Shown here in pieces: positions 42,001 through 51,955 of a stretch of 64,000 bases of DNA. The notes beneath the pieces were generated by a model. The model saw only the letters and a program-made list of their open reading frames with translations, was not told where the DNA came from and made no database searches. The position numbers and the translations under genes are program-made. The DNA is from Sandaracinaceae bacterium (lineage in GTDB: Bacteria; Myxococcota_A; Polyangia; Polyangiales; Houyiibacteriaceae). The stretch's first letter is position 1, and every line of letters begins with the position of its first letter. The stretch spans positions 67,299-131,298 of the forward strand of contig JACKEI010000003.1 in the NCBI GenBank assembly GCA_020633075.1, given 5' to 3'.

Positions 42001-43005
42001 TCAGACGGCGCTTCGTAGCGCGGGGAGGGCCTGCGTGAAGCCCTCGAACGAGGGGAACACCAGCACCGCGTCGTCCGCAGGAGCGTTGCCGCTCTGCTCG
42101 CCGCGCCAGGCCGCCGCTTGCAGCGCGGTGATGGCCACTTCGATCTGCTCGTCGTTGGGCTCGCGGGTGGTGATCTTCTGGAACAGGAAGCCCGGTAACA
42201 GGAACACGCGCAGCGGCCCCGTGGTGCAGAAGCGCGCGCTCAGGCGCTGCAGCTCGAAGCTGAGCGCGGAGATGAACGGCAGGAGCGCGATGCGCAGCGC
42301 GAGCACCGACAGGTTGCCGGTCAAGCCCTGCGCGTTGGGGAGCACGAGGGGTGCAGCCACCGAACCCGCCACGATGGACACCAGGATGACCACCACCAAG
42401 AAGGTGGTGCCGCAGCGCGGGTGGAGCGTGGTCTGCGCGCGTACGTTCTCGACCGTGAGCGGGAGCCCCCGTTCGTACGCGTGGATCGTTTTGTGCTCGG
42501 CCCCGTGGTACTCGAAGGTGCGGCGGATCTCGGCGACGCGGCTGATGAGCCCGAGGTACGCGCAGAAGATCAGCAGCTTGAAGCCGCCGATGATCCAGTG
42601 ATAGCGCGCGTCGGTCAGGCCCAGGTCCAGACCGAAGAGGCGGCCCGTGCCGGAGGCCAGCAGCTGCGGCAGCGCCACGAAGAGCCCGATGGCGAAGAGC
42701 ACGGCGATGATCATGGTGCCCTTGCCCTCGGCACCCTGGGACGCGCGCTCCTCCTCGGTCATTTGCTGCTCCGCCGAGAACTGCAGCGCGCCGAAGCCGA
42801 TGCGCATGGACTCCACCAGCGCCGCGACGCCTCGGAAGCCCGGCCACTTCCACGGCTTGTGGTCGAAGCGCGACGTCATGGGGCCTTCGCGCACGACGAG
42901 CGCGCCGTCGGGCCGGCGGACGGCTACGGACATGCAGCCGGGGGCCCGCATCATCACGCCTTCGATCACGGCTTGGCCGCCGATATAGGGTTTTGGGTCG
43001 CTCAT
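42001..43005 (-). CDS. DUF1385 domain-containing membrane protein
   Basis: 334 aa. It carries IGGQAVIEGVMMR, EYHGAEHK and HPRCGT motifs. It sits in the typical position immediately upstream of prfA. Confidence 0.8.
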   Translation of the reverse strand: MSDPKPYIGGQAVIEGVMMRAPGCMSVAVRRPDGALVVREGPMTSRFDHKPWKWPGFRGVAALVESMRIGFGALQFSAEQQMTEEERASQGAEGKGTMIIAVLFAIGLFVALPQLLASGTGRLFGLDLGLTDARYHWIIGGFKLLIFCAYLGLISRVAEIRRTFEYHGAEHKTIHAYERGLPLTVENVRAQTTLHPRCGTTFLVVVILVSIVAGSVAAPLVLPNAQGLTGNLSVLALRIALLPFISALSFELQRLSARFCTTGPLRVFLLPGFLFQKITTREPNDEQIEVAITALQAAAWRGEQSGNAPADDAVLVFPSFEGFTQALPALRSAV

Positions 43006-43099
43006 GGGGCGCTCACTATAGCTGTGAAGGGGGTGACTTCGAGGCGAATGCGTGGCAATTTCATCGGCCCCCAGAACTGCTCACCCCTCAGGTGCCCTC

Positions 43100-43855
43100 A
43101 TGTCCACCGTGGATTCTTCGCCCAACGCCAACGCTGGTGTCCCCTCTGCTACCGCCACGGCCACCCCCGCCGTGGGCGGCTTGCTGGTCCCGGCTTGGTT
43201 GGCCGTCATCGTGTTCCTGGTGGGGGCCACGGCCGCTCACATCTACCTGCACTACGCCACGCACGGCGTCGTCAACGTCCACCACGTCGTGCTCGCGTTC
43301 TTCTTGGTGCTCAACGTCCTCATCAACTTCTGGGAGCTCGGGCTGTTCGCCTGCGGCGACCAGATCCACGACGAGTACGAGGCCACCAAGGTGTCGTACA
43401 AGGGGCGTGAGGGGGACCGGGTCAACGAGGTCTTCGCCAAGCGCATCCCGTTCTTCAAGCTGCTCTCGTTCAGGCAGTGGACGCTGATCTGGTCCAGCTA
43501 CGCGCTGTACGATCCGGGCTACGCGCAGCGCCACTCGTTCGGCTTCAACATCGACGTCGGCAACGGCTTCTCCACCATCATCCCGGCGACCCTGTTCGCC
43601 TTCGGGATGACGTATGACGTGGTGTCTCCCCAGATTCTGGGCATCGTCGGTGTCGCGATGTTCTGGCAGATGTTCTACGGGACCGTGGTGTACTTCTTTC
43701 AGTTCTTCCACTCCGGCCGGCACCATGGTCACAGCAAGGGCTCCATCTGGCTCTTCGTGGGCGCGAGCAACGGCATGTGGTTCATCTTTCCCATTTGGGG
43801 CATCGCCGTCTCGGTCTGGATGATCCTCAACAACTCCATGGCCATTCTGCATTGA
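43100..43855 (+). CDS. Polytopic membrane protein, unknown family
   Basis: ATG 43100 within ORF 43052..43855. About 6 hydrophobic helices and aromatic-rich loops. Confidence 0.5.
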   Translation: MSTVDSSPNANAGVPSATATATPAVGGLLVPAWLAVIVFLVGATAAHIYLHYATHGVVNVHHVVLAFFLVLNVLINFWELGLFACGDQIHDEYEATKVSYKGREGDRVNEVFAKRIPFFKLLSFRQWTLIWSSYALYDPGYAQRHSFGFNIDVGNGFSTIIPATLFAFGMTYDVVSPQILGIVGVAMFWQMFYGTVVYFFQFFHSGRHHGHSKGSIWLFVGASNGMWFIFPIWGIAVSVWMILNNSMAILH

Positions 43856-43877
43856 TCCACGCACCCGAGAGCCACCC

Positions 43878-46874
43878 GTGAAGCCCGGAAGCATCCTCAT
43901 CGCCGGGCCTGTCAACGTGCGCGCCTCTCTCGAGGCGGTGCTCGCCGAGCGTGGCTTCCGAGCCCACGGTTGCTCCTTCTCGGACCTCATCGCGACGTGT
44001 GCCGGGGCGTCTCCGTCTCTGGTGGTGCTCGCGGGGTCCATGAAGGGGGTGGAGCTGGGGGTGGCAGCCTCGGCGCTCGCGGAGCACGTGGCCACGCGCG
44101 CCATTCCGGTCGTGATTCTCACGGGGGAGCCGGGCGCTCCCCCCTCGCGCAGGGCCGACGCGGCCCCGCTCACGCTGGTGCTGAGCGCGCAGGGGATAGA
44201 TGCGGTGGCCACGCGCTTGATCGAGCTCGCGCAGGCCTCGGCAGCCCCCAAGGGGCAAGGCGGGGTGGTGGTCGAGCCCGGGCCTTCGTCGAAATCAGGC
44301 GGAGACGCCGCTCCGGATGGTAGGCTCTCTCCATTCCTGGTCGGTGAGCCTACCGAGGACACCGGCTCTGGCCCCATCCGAGCCCTCCACCTCCACGCCA
44401 CTATCGCCAACGAGCCGTCATCGGACGTCACTCGTTCTCGGGACTGGACGTGGGAGGACAGCCCCCAGGGTACCGCCTTGACCGACGACAACGACGACCA
44501 GAAAGCCGCGAAACAACGTCGACTAGCCCGCACGATGATGGGCGTTGCGCCCGCGCGTCCCGGCTCCGAAGCGTCTGCACCTGGGCAGGCGCAAGGACCC
44601 GACGAAGGCGACGGCGACATGCCCGCGCCGGCCGCGAGCCGCGCAGGGGCCTGGGGGGCGAAGTCGGACTCCGTGGCGCCCACGGGCTTTCCCCCGGCCC
44701 GAGCGAAGCCGCTCGCGCGGGCCGCGCTGCGCAAGGCCGAGGCGTCGACCGTCGGTCCCCTGCCGGACGAAGAGCAAGCGCCCTTCATCTCGCCCATCGT
44801 CGGGCCCCCGCGCAGCACCAAGCCCCGCCCCAAGACCATGCTGGGCGTCGGCCTGCCCAGCCCGGCTGCCCCGCCGCCCCCTGCTGTGGGCAAGAAGCCC
44901 CGTCCACGCACCATGCTCGGCTTGGGCCTGGGCGGGCCAGAGCCGGTGGGGAGCGCCCCGGCGGCCGCGCCGGCTGCACCCGCCACGCCCGCTGCACCCC
45001 CCGCGGCGTCCGCACCCGCTACGCCGGCAGCGCCGGTCTCGCCCCCCGCCGCCCCGGCTCGCTCGGCCTCGTCCAGCAGCTCCGGCAGCCTCCCCGCCGT
45101 GAGCGCCAAGCCCTCCAGTCCCGGCACCATCGCGAGCCCGGCCAGCGCTGCGCGGCCTGCTCGCCCGGCCAAGTTCACACCGTCGCGGCCCATGCCGAGC
45201 CCCACGTCCAAGTCGTCGGGCTCGCTGCCTGCGGTGCAGTCCCCCTCCGCCTCGGCCAGCCCCGCAGCAGCCGGGGGGGCCGAGAGCGCTCGGCCAGCGC
45301 CGAAGAGCAGCTCACCGGGTCCTCGGCGCAGCGCCAACCGTACCATCATGGGCGGCATGGGGAGCCCGCTCGCGCCGCCGCCTCCGGTCAACCTTCCGTC
45401 CAGCCGCCCGGACGACACCGCGGTGGTGGTCACGGAGTCCGAGCGCCCGGCCGCGCCCAGTGGCCCGACCGGTCCGGCCGCGGCTCAGTTCGGCGGCGCC
45501 GCCGCGTCGGACTTCACCGACGAACCCACCGTCGTCGGGGACGCTGCCAAGAAGGCCAAAGAGGCCAGCAGCGCCTCCACGCAGCTCAGCGGAGCAGACG
45601 ACTTCGACGACTTCGACGACTTCGATCTGGGACCGGACCACGACGAGGCGACCAGGGTGCTGGACCAGAGCTCGATCGCGGCCGCCAAGCTCGAGGCGCT
45701 GCGGGCGAAGTCGGCGGAACCCGACGTCAGCGAGTTCGACACGCTGCGGCCGCCCACGCCGCCGCCCGTGGCCGCAGCGCTGGCCTCTAAGCCGCCCAAC
45801 CTGGACGACGACTTCGAGGTCGCCGAGACCGAGCCGCCGCCGGCGGGGGTCGGCATCGACGGCGTCATTCCGGAAGCCTCGCTGAGCCTCACGGACGCGC
45901 TCGAGCTCGACGACTTCGTGGGTGCCGACAACCTCGGACGCACCCTGAACGCTGGCGACGATGACGCGGACGCCGACGACCAGCCGCTGATGGGCGGGGC
46001 GGCCAACCCTGGTCCCGCGCCCGTGCGCCCGCAGGGCTACCACCAGAGTCAGTCCGGCACCGAAGAAGACACCGAGATCGTCGCGGGCCTCACCAAGCAG
46101 CTCGACGCTCGCGCCACAAGCTCGAAGGGGGGCTCCGGCCGCGGCTGGCTCTGGGCCACCGCTGCCATCCTCGCGGTCATCGGCGTCGCAGTCGGTGGTT
46201 GGTACATGGCCCCCATGGTGCTCGGTACGGTCGCGCACTCCGGTGAGACCGTCGAGGTCACGCCGGTGCCGCCCCAGGGCACCGTGCCGCCCCCGACCGG
46301 GCAGCTCCCCGAGGGGACGCCTCCGCCCCCCGCCACCGACGTGCCGCCCACGCCCGACGTGCCGCCCACGCCAGACGTCCCCGCCGTGGCCGAGCCCACG
46401 CCGGACGTCGTCGCGGTGGCCGAGCCCACGCCCGCGCCCACTCCCGAGGTGGCCGAGCCCACGCCCGCGCCGACCCCGCCCACCCCTCCGGCTGCGGTCA
46501 ACACGGCCGGGCTGCCCAGCGACCCGGCCGAGGCCAGCGCGGCGCTCGTCACGCGCGCCGAGCAACAAGCCAGCGCCGGCGACCGCGCCGGAGCGGAAGC
46601 GAGCCTGCGGCGCGCGCTGACGCTGGACGAGGAGAACTACGAGGCCATGGCCAGCCTGGCCGAGGTGCTGCTGGCACGTGGCCAGAACGACGAGGCGCTC
46701 GACCTCGCGCAGACCGCCGTGCGTCGCCGCGCGCGGGTTGGTCGCTATCACCTCATCTACGGTGACGTGCGCGCCGCCATGGGCGACCGCTCGGGCGCCT
46801 CCCGCTCGTGGTCCCGCGCCACCGACGTGGACCCGTCCCTCGCGAGCGCCGTGGCTCAGCGCCGCAGCAACTGA
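43878..46874 (+). CDS. Large low-complexity protein: receiver-like N-domain, long Pro/Ala/Ser-rich region, one TM helix, Pro-Thr tandem repeats, C-terminal TPR
   Basis: 998 aa. The N-terminus ILIAGPVNVRASLEAVLAERGF...LVVLAGS resembles a CheY-like fold, but no acceptor Asp is obvious. The TM helix is WLWATAAILAVIGVAVGGWYMAP. The TPR region is EAMASLAEVLLARGQNDEALDLAQTAV. Confidence 0.6.
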   Translation: MKPGSILIAGPVNVRASLEAVLAERGFRAHGCSFSDLIATCAGASPSLVVLAGSMKGVELGVAASALAEHVATRAIPVVILTGEPGAPPSRRADAAPLTLVLSAQGIDAVATRLIELAQASAAPKGQGGVVVEPGPSSKSGGDAAPDGRLSPFLVGEPTEDTGSGPIRALHLHATIANEPSSDVTRSRDWTWEDSPQGTALTDDNDDQKAAKQRRLARTMMGVAPARPGSEASAPGQAQGPDEGDGDMPAPAASRAGAWGAKSDSVAPTGFPPARAKPLARAALRKAEASTVGPLPDEEQAPFISPIVGPPRSTKPRPKTMLGVGLPSPAAPPPPAVGKKPRPRTMLGLGLGGPEPVGSAPAAAPAAPATPAAPPAASAPATPAAPVSPPAAPARSASSSSSGSLPAVSAKPSSPGTIASPASAARPARPAKFTPSRPMPSPTSKSSGSLPAVQSPSASASPAAAGGAESARPAPKSSSPGPRRSANRTIMGGMGSPLAPPPPVNLPSSRPDDTAVVVTESERPAAPSGPTGPAAAQFGGAAASDFTDEPTVVGDAAKKAKEASSASTQLSGADDFDDFDDFDLGPDHDEATRVLDQSSIAAAKLEALRAKSAEPDVSEFDTLRPPTPPPVAAALASKPPNLDDDFEVAETEPPPAGVGIDGVIPEASLSLTDALELDDFVGADNLGRTLNAGDDDADADDQPLMGGAANPGPAPVRPQGYHQSQSGTEEDTEIVAGLTKQLDARATSSKGGSGRGWLWATAAILAVIGVAVGGWYMAPMVLGTVAHSGETVEVTPVPPQGTVPPPTGQLPEGTPPPPATDVPPTPDVPPTPDVPAVAEPTPDVVAVAEPTPAPTPEVAEPTPAPTPPTPPAAVNTAGLPSDPAEASAALVTRAEQQASAGDRAGAEASLRRALTLDEENYEAMASLAEVLLARGQNDEALDLAQTAVRRRARVGRYHLIYGDVRAAMGDRSGASRSWSRATDVDPSLASAVAQRRSN
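46338..46480 (+). repeat. In-frame tandem DNA repeats encoding PTPDVP / VAEPTP units
   Basis: GACGTGCCGCCCACGCC[C/A] occurs about 2.5 times and GTGGCCGAGCCCACGCC occurs 3 times. All lie inside CDS 43878..46874. Confidence 0.6.
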
Positions 46875-46931
46875 CCTGACCGGAGACACCCCCCGCGCGA
46901 GCAGCGCGGAGGTGTCTGGTGGTGTCCGCGC

Positions 46932-47759
46932 TCAGAGCACCAGGATGGTGCAGGCAGCGGGGTCCGTGTAGCGCGGGAGCCCGGTGCGCATGCTCAAGCT
47001 CTCTGTCTCCGAGCAGGACGCAGGCGCGCTCTCTGCCCGCGGCGCTTCTTCGTCGAACTGGCGGGTGCGCGAGTAGACCCAGTCACGCCCCTCGGCGTGC
47101 ATGCTGTGCACCAGGCGCCCGCCGCAGGTCGGGTCCAGGGTCTCGCTGCCCCAGCGCATGGCGCCCGTCGGGGTCAGCTCCAGCGTGTCCTCGCTGGTCT
47201 CGAAGGTGCAGGTGGACACGTGCAGCTCCGTGACGATGGCCTCGACGATGTCCCGACAGACGGGACCCGAGCACGGCTGGCAGAGGTGAGCCCGCAGCGC
47301 GCGCAGGCTGTCGTTGTAGCGCTCGAGGCCGCGCTGCCGTGACTCCGGCCAGCTGGGGGGAACGCGCTCGTACGGGCGGGCCTCGGGGCCGCACTCACGC
47401 CGGCGCCGCGCCTCCAGCTCCCGCTCCAGCTCACCCGGCTGGGTGGAGGCCAGCATGGCTGCGTAGGGCTCGGCCATGCGCTCCACGTTGAGCGACTGGC
47501 TGCGGGCGGTGCACCGCAGCAGGCGCGGCGAAGTGGCGGGGTAGGGCGCGCACTCCAGTGTCATGGAGCGCGAGCCGGTCGCGGCGACGTACGGCACGTA
47601 CTGCAGCGGCCAGAGCGTGTTGTCCGACACCCAGCGAGGCGGCGGGGTGACACGGCGCTGGGCGCTCACCGTGACGCTGCGCGTGAGCGGCACCAGGGCG
47701 AACACCAGCGGCAGGAGCCATACGAGCGGGGAGAGCGATGCGGGGCGGCGAGGGGTCAT
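46932..47759 (-). CDS. Secreted Cys-containing hypothetical protein
   Basis: 275 aa. The signal peptide is LVWLLPLVFALVPLTRSVTVSAQ. The start is 7 bp after the LuxR-type regulator's stop. No family recognised. Confidence 0.45.
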   Translation of the reverse strand: MTPRRPASLSPLVWLLPLVFALVPLTRSVTVSAQRRVTPPPRWVSDNTLWPLQYVPYVAATGSRSMTLECAPYPATSPRLLRCTARSQSLNVERMAEPYAAMLASTQPGELERELEARRRRECGPEARPYERVPPSWPESRQRGLERYNDSLRALRAHLCQPCSGPVCRDIVEAIVTELHVSTCTFETSEDTLELTPTGAMRWGSETLDPTCGGRLVHSMHAEGRDWVYSRTRQFDEEAPRAESAPASCSETESLSMRTGLPRYTDPAACTILVL

Positions 47760-47766
47760 ATGCAGC

Positions 47767-48534
47767 TCAGGTCTTGCCCGTGGACGTTCGCGAGATGGCG
47801 TGATTCAGCGCCTCGCGCACCTCGCGTCGATCGAGTGGTTCGGTGGGCGTCGGCTCGAACAGGGGCAGTCCCTCCGCCATGGCGCTGTGCGCCAGGGTCT
47901 GGACCTCGCCCACCAGCGAGCGCACGCCGCTCAGGCCGGTGCGCTTGCTCATGTCCGCGATGTGGTTGGTGACCGTCTTCTCCGACAGCTCGAGCTCGCC
48001 CGCGATCTCACACGCGATCTTGCCGTGCACCAGCCCCAGCAGCACCTGTTGCTGCCGCTTGGTGAGGACGTGCCGCTGAGCCAGCGCCCACACCGCCCAG
48101 TTGATGGCGTCGCCGGGCCCGGGCGCGCGACGGTGGTCGCAGAGCTCCAGGAAGGGCTGCACGCTGGCGGGCGAGGCGGGCGGGGACGAGTACAGGTAGC
48201 CGCGCTCGCTGGCCAGGCGCAGGTGCGCGGCCGAGGGGTTGGCCGAGAGCCACAGGACCACGGGCTGCCGCAGCGAGGTCGCCTTCAGGCGGGCCGCCCA
48301 GTCCAGCGCGAGCGCGTCGTCCTTGAAACCCGGTCCCAGCACCAGGCCCACCCAGCGATGTCGCCGTGGGTCCTGCAGCAAGCGGTGCGGGGCCGAGGCC
48401 GAGCGGACGGGCACGGGCCCGGCCAGCGCGTCGAGCAGCGCCATCGCCGACCGCGCGATCGGGTCGACGACCATGATGAACACTTTGCGAGTGTCATCGC
48501 TCAGATCCGGGTCCGAGGTGCGCCTGTTCGCCAT
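47767..48534 (-). CDS. LuxR/FixJ-family transcriptional regulator with an atypical (acceptor-Asp-less?) receiver-like N-domain
   Basis: The C-terminal HTH is LTKRQQQVLLGLVHGKIACEIAGELELSEKTVTNHIADMSKR. The N-terminus FIMVVDPIARSA...LVLGPGF looks receiver-like. Confidence 0.75.
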   Translation of the reverse strand: MANRRTSDPDLSDDTRKVFIMVVDPIARSAMALLDALAGPVPVRSASAPHRLLQDPRRHRWVGLVLGPGFKDDALALDWAARLKATSLRQPVVLWLSANPSAAHLRLASERGYLYSSPPASPASVQPFLELCDHRRAPGPGDAINWAVWALAQRHVLTKRQQQVLLGLVHGKIACEIAGELELSEKTVTNHIADMSKRTGLSGVRSLVGEVQTLAHSAMAEGLPLFEPTPTEPLDRREVREALNHAISRTSTGKT

Positions 48535-48620
48535 CCGGGAGCGAGAATAGCAGCAATTGGGCGGTCGGATACCCCGTGCGTGGCTAGCGCGTTCCCAGCC
48601 GGGCTGTCATATCGTGCCGC

Positions 48621-49652
48621 ATGGCGAACACACCCTCCCTGGGCCCGGCGGGTCCGAGCCTCCCGGGCATGACCCTCGAGCGGCACATCCTCGACCGTCA
48701 GCGCAGCAACCCGGAGGCCACCGGCGACTTCACGCGTCTCTTTCACCAGATCTCACTGGCCGCGAAGATCATCGGCAGCCGCGTGAGCCGCGCGGGGCTG
48801 TCGGGGGTGCTGGGGACCACGGGGAAGATCAACGTGCAGGGGGAGGTCGTCGCCAAGCTGGATGACTTCGCCAACAACACGCTGGTCAGCGTGGTGCAGT
48901 ACGGGGGCCAGGTGTGCGTCATGGGCAGCGAAGAGGTGGAGGAGCCCATCCCCATCCCCGAGGGCTTCCCCTGCGGCAAGTACGTGCTGCAGTTCGACCC
49001 CCTGGACGGGTCGGGCAACATCGACATTAACGCGTCGATCGGGACCATCTTCTCCATCCACAAGCGCGTGACCCCCAGCGGCGGCCCGGGCACCCTCGAG
49101 GACCTGCTGCAGCCTGGGCGCGACATCGTGGCGGCCGGCTACGTGATCTACGGCTCGTCCAACATGCTGGTCTACAGCACGGGAGACGGCGTACACGGCT
49201 TCACCTACGACCCGGGCGTGGGTGAGTTCTTCCTCTCGCACGAGAACATCCGCGTGCCCGAGCGGGGTAACACCTACTCCATCAACGAGGGCAACTACCA
49301 CAAGTGGGCCCCCGGCGTTCAGGAGTGGGTGAACTGGATCAAGTCGCCGCAGGACGGGCGCGCGGCCTACGGGCACCGCTACATCGGCGCTATGGTGGCG
49401 GACCTGCACCGCACGCTGCTGCGGGGCGGCATCTTCGTGTACCCGGCGGACAAGAAGAACGTGAACGGCAAGCTGCGCCTGCTGTACGAGGCGTCGCCCA
49501 TGGCGTTCATCGTGGAGGCGGCCGGCGGCGCGGCGCACACCGGCACCGAGCGCGTGCTGGACGTGGTCCCCACCGAGCTGCACCAGCGCACCCCCCTCTA
49601 CATCGGCAGCCGCGCGGATGTCGAGGACGCGCTGCGCATCGCGCACGACTGA
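48621..49652 (+). CDS. fbp: Class 1 fructose-1,6-bisphosphatase
   Basis: 343 aa. Motifs are NVQGE.V.KLD, FDPLDGSSNID-like FDPLDGSGNIDIN, GSSNMLVYSTG, YSINEGN and LRLLYEASPMAFIVEAAGG. An alternative start is at 48669. Confidence 0.9.
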   Translation: MANTPSLGPAGPSLPGMTLERHILDRQRSNPEATGDFTRLFHQISLAAKIIGSRVSRAGLSGVLGTTGKINVQGEVVAKLDDFANNTLVSVVQYGGQVCVMGSEEVEEPIPIPEGFPCGKYVLQFDPLDGSGNIDINASIGTIFSIHKRVTPSGGPGTLEDLLQPGRDIVAAGYVIYGSSNMLVYSTGDGVHGFTYDPGVGEFFLSHENIRVPERGNTYSINEGNYHKWAPGVQEWVNWIKSPQDGRAAYGHRYIGAMVADLHRTLLRGGIFVYPADKKNVNGKLRLLYEASPMAFIVEAAGGAAHTGTERVLDVVPTELHQRTPLYIGSRADVEDALRIAHD

Positions 49653-49655
49653 GCC

Positions 49656-50231
49656 ATGGCGCAGAACGGCACAGGCGACGGAACCGCCGACAACCGCGAC
49701 ACTGCGCCGGACCTGGGCGCGGCGCTGGCGGAGGACGACCCCACGGCCCAGTCCGCCTCGCTGACGCACCTGAGCGCGCGCGGCGAAGCGCACATGGTGG
49801 ACGTGGGCGACAAGGTGGTGACCCAGCGCGAGGCGCGAGCGCGCGGCGCGCTGCGCATGGCCCCCGAGACGCGGCGCCGCCTGCTGGCCGACGACACCCC
49901 CAAGGGAGACGTGTTCGCGAGCGCCCGCATCGCGGGCATCCAGGCGGCCAAGAAGACCGCCGACCTGATCCCCCTCTGCCACCCGCTCTCGCTCAACGCG
50001 GTGAGCGTCACCATCGACCCCGACCCTGCGGACGGCGAGCGCGTGTGGGTGGAGGCGACCGTGCGCTGCAGCGGCAAGACGGGCGTGGAGATGGAGGCCC
50101 TCACGGCGACCAGCGTCGCGCTCCTGACGCTGTACGACATGCTCAAGGGGATCGACCGCGAGATGGTGATCGAGAGCGTCGCGCTACACGAGAAGAGCGG
50201 CGGCCGGCGCGGCCACTACGTGCGGGGCTGA
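49656..50231 (+). CDS. moaC: Cyclic pyranopterin monophosphate synthase MoaC
   Basis: Motifs are LTHL...[17 protein letters not shown]...[19 protein letters not shown] and MEALTA.SVA.LT.YDM.K. Confidence 0.9.
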   Translation: MAQNGTGDGTADNRDTAPDLGAALAEDDPTAQSASLTHLSARGEAHMVDVGDKVVTQREARARGALRMAPETRRRLLADDTPKGDVFASARIAGIQAAKKTADLIPLCHPLSLNAVSVTIDPDPADGERVWVEATVRCSGKTGVEMEALTATSVALLTLYDMLKGIDREMVIESVALHEKSGGRRGHYVRG

Positions 50232-50290
50232 GTCCGGCGCGGCTGCACACCCGTTCGCGGCCAGCGGCCGTGCCCGAGGACCGGTGCGTC

Positions 50291-51853
50291 TCAGACCCCC
50301 AGCGCCGCCCGCCCCGCCTTGATCTCGTCGCGGCCGAGCTCGCCCGTGACGACGAGGCCGAGCAAGAAGGCGAAGAAGCCGCCGGCGAGGGCGGCCACGC
50401 TCATGATGGCGCCGCCGTGCGGGATGTACATGGCGGCGGCGAAGGCGCCTGCGCCGGCGAGACCTCCGCGGACGACGGAGAGGGGCGGCAGGAACGCCTT
50501 GAAGCGCGCGTAGACGGCGGCGCCTGCGCCCAGCAGCGCGAACACCGTGCCCGCGCAGGTGCCGAGGGCGGCCGCCAAGAGCGCGTCCTGGTCCGGCCCC
50601 GCGGCCACGATGAAGAAGCGCGTGGCGATGAGCACCACGCCCAGCGACAGGCCGGCGACGAGCGCCGCGATGCGCGGCTGACCCGCGCTGGTGAGCACGG
50701 TGGCGGTGATGACGAAGAGCGCGAAGGCGGCGATGCCGAAGACCAGGGCGCCGAGCGCCGGCGCGCCCGCCAGGTAGGGCTCCGGGTAGGCGATGCGCAT
50801 GACCCCGTCGGACGCACCCGCGATGGGGCAGGCGATGGACAGGAGCGCCAGCATGGAGAAGCGCAGGGCGCCCTTGATGGTGCGGCGCGCGGCCTCTTCG
50901 TCGCCGCTGGCGGTGGCCCGTGAGACCATGGGGAAGACGATGAAGGTCATCGACAGGATGATCTGGTAGGGCACGAAGGCGAAGGTCTGAGCGGCCCGGT
51001 AGTAGGCCACGAGGGTCTGGGCGTTCTCGCTCGCGGCGGCGGCGGCCATGCCGGCCTCGCGGCCCAGCTCACTGAGGGTGCGCGACAGCACCTGGATGTC
51101 GATCTGCAGGATGCCGTTGAGGAAGCCCTGGTACAGCCACACGGGCGCGAGGAAGGCGACCCACGTGCGCAGGTGCGTGCCCTTGCCCGGGCGGCCGATG
51201 CCCACCACGAAGAGGGCCGCCAGGCAGATGCCGCAGGCCGCCCCCGCGAAGCCGGTCAGCGCTCCGAACGCGCCATAGCCGAGCATCGCGCCGCCCGCGA
51301 TGCCGAGGGTCCGCAGGGTGGAGAAGCCGATGTCGAACCGGGCCTGCGTCGCGAACTGCTGCCGGCCGTTGAGGTCACCCACCAGCGCCGCATAGAGCGC
51401 GTAGGCGAGCACGACGGTAGCCGAGACGCGCATCATGGGCGCGAGCTCGGGGTCGCCGTGGAAGTCCGAGAAGTACGGGGCCAGCGTGAAGAGGGCGGCG
51501 GAGAGCACGCCTCCGATCACCAGCTGTATCTGGATGCCCTGGCGCAAGACCGCCGGTCCGCGCGACTCGTCCTCGCTCACCAGCTTGCTGACGGTCTGGA
51601 TGGTGGCCGCGATCAGCACGTTGTTGAGCATGCTGACGGCCGCCATGATGGTGCCGAACTGCCCGAACACCTGCGGCTCGAAGAACTGCGGCAGCGCCAG
51701 CTGGATGCCGAAGCTGGTGAGGATGAAGTAGACCTTGGCGCCCGTGATGACGAGCAGGCCGCGGCCTGCTTTGCGCGTGGTGCTGGCGCTCTCGTCCGAG
51801 GGGGCGTCTGCCGGGGCCGCCGGCTCGGGGCCGCGTGGGGGGGCTTCCGACAT
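50291..51853 (-). CDS. Polysaccharide/oligosaccharide flippase (MOP/Wzx-MurJ superfamily)
   Basis: ATG 51853 (MSEAPPRG). About 12-14 TM helices with Gly/Ala-rich MOP-like topology. The ORF track extends to 51946. Confidence 0.65.
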   Translation of the reverse strand: MSEAPPRGPEPAAPADAPSDESASTTRKAGRGLLVITGAKVYFILTSFGIQLALPQFFEPQVFGQFGTIMAAVSMLNNVLIAATIQTVSKLVSEDESRGPAVLRQGIQIQLVIGGVLSAALFTLAPYFSDFHGDPELAPMMRVSATVVLAYALYAALVGDLNGRQQFATQARFDIGFSTLRTLGIAGGAMLGYGAFGALTGFAGAACGICLAALFVVGIGRPGKGTHLRTWVAFLAPVWLYQGFLNGILQIDIQVLSRTLSELGREAGMAAAAASENAQTLVAYYRAAQTFAFVPYQIILSMTFIVFPMVSRATASGDEEAARRTIKGALRFSMLALLSIACPIAGASDGVMRIAYPEPYLAGAPALGALVFGIAAFALFVITATVLTSAGQPRIAALVAGLSLGVVLIATRFFIVAAGPDQDALLAAALGTCAGTVFALLGAGAAVYARFKAFLPPLSVVRGGLAGAGAFAAAMYIPHGGAIMSVAALAGGFFAFLLGLVVTGELGRDEIKAGRAALGV

Positions 51854-51955
51854 GCGGCGGGTTGTGTGGGCACGCGCGCCGTTGGTCAAGCTGGGCGCGT
51901 GGGGCGCGCGTGGCCAGGGTTTGCTGTGCTGGGGCGCAGCCGGCACACTACGCGC

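Noticed and set aside
46338-46480. Tandem repeats as a possible CRISPR array or VNTR locus
   Set aside because: The units are 17-18 bp, contiguous with no spacers, in frame, and encode a Pro-Thr-rich linker inside a CDS. No cas genes are present.
43088-46889. Long - strand ORFs 43088..45433 (781 aa) and 45312..46889 (525 aa)
   Set aside because: They are antisense to the membrane protein and the 998-aa repeat protein, and their composition is Arg/Gly-rich junk. The sense-strand genes have recognisable features (TM helices, TPR).
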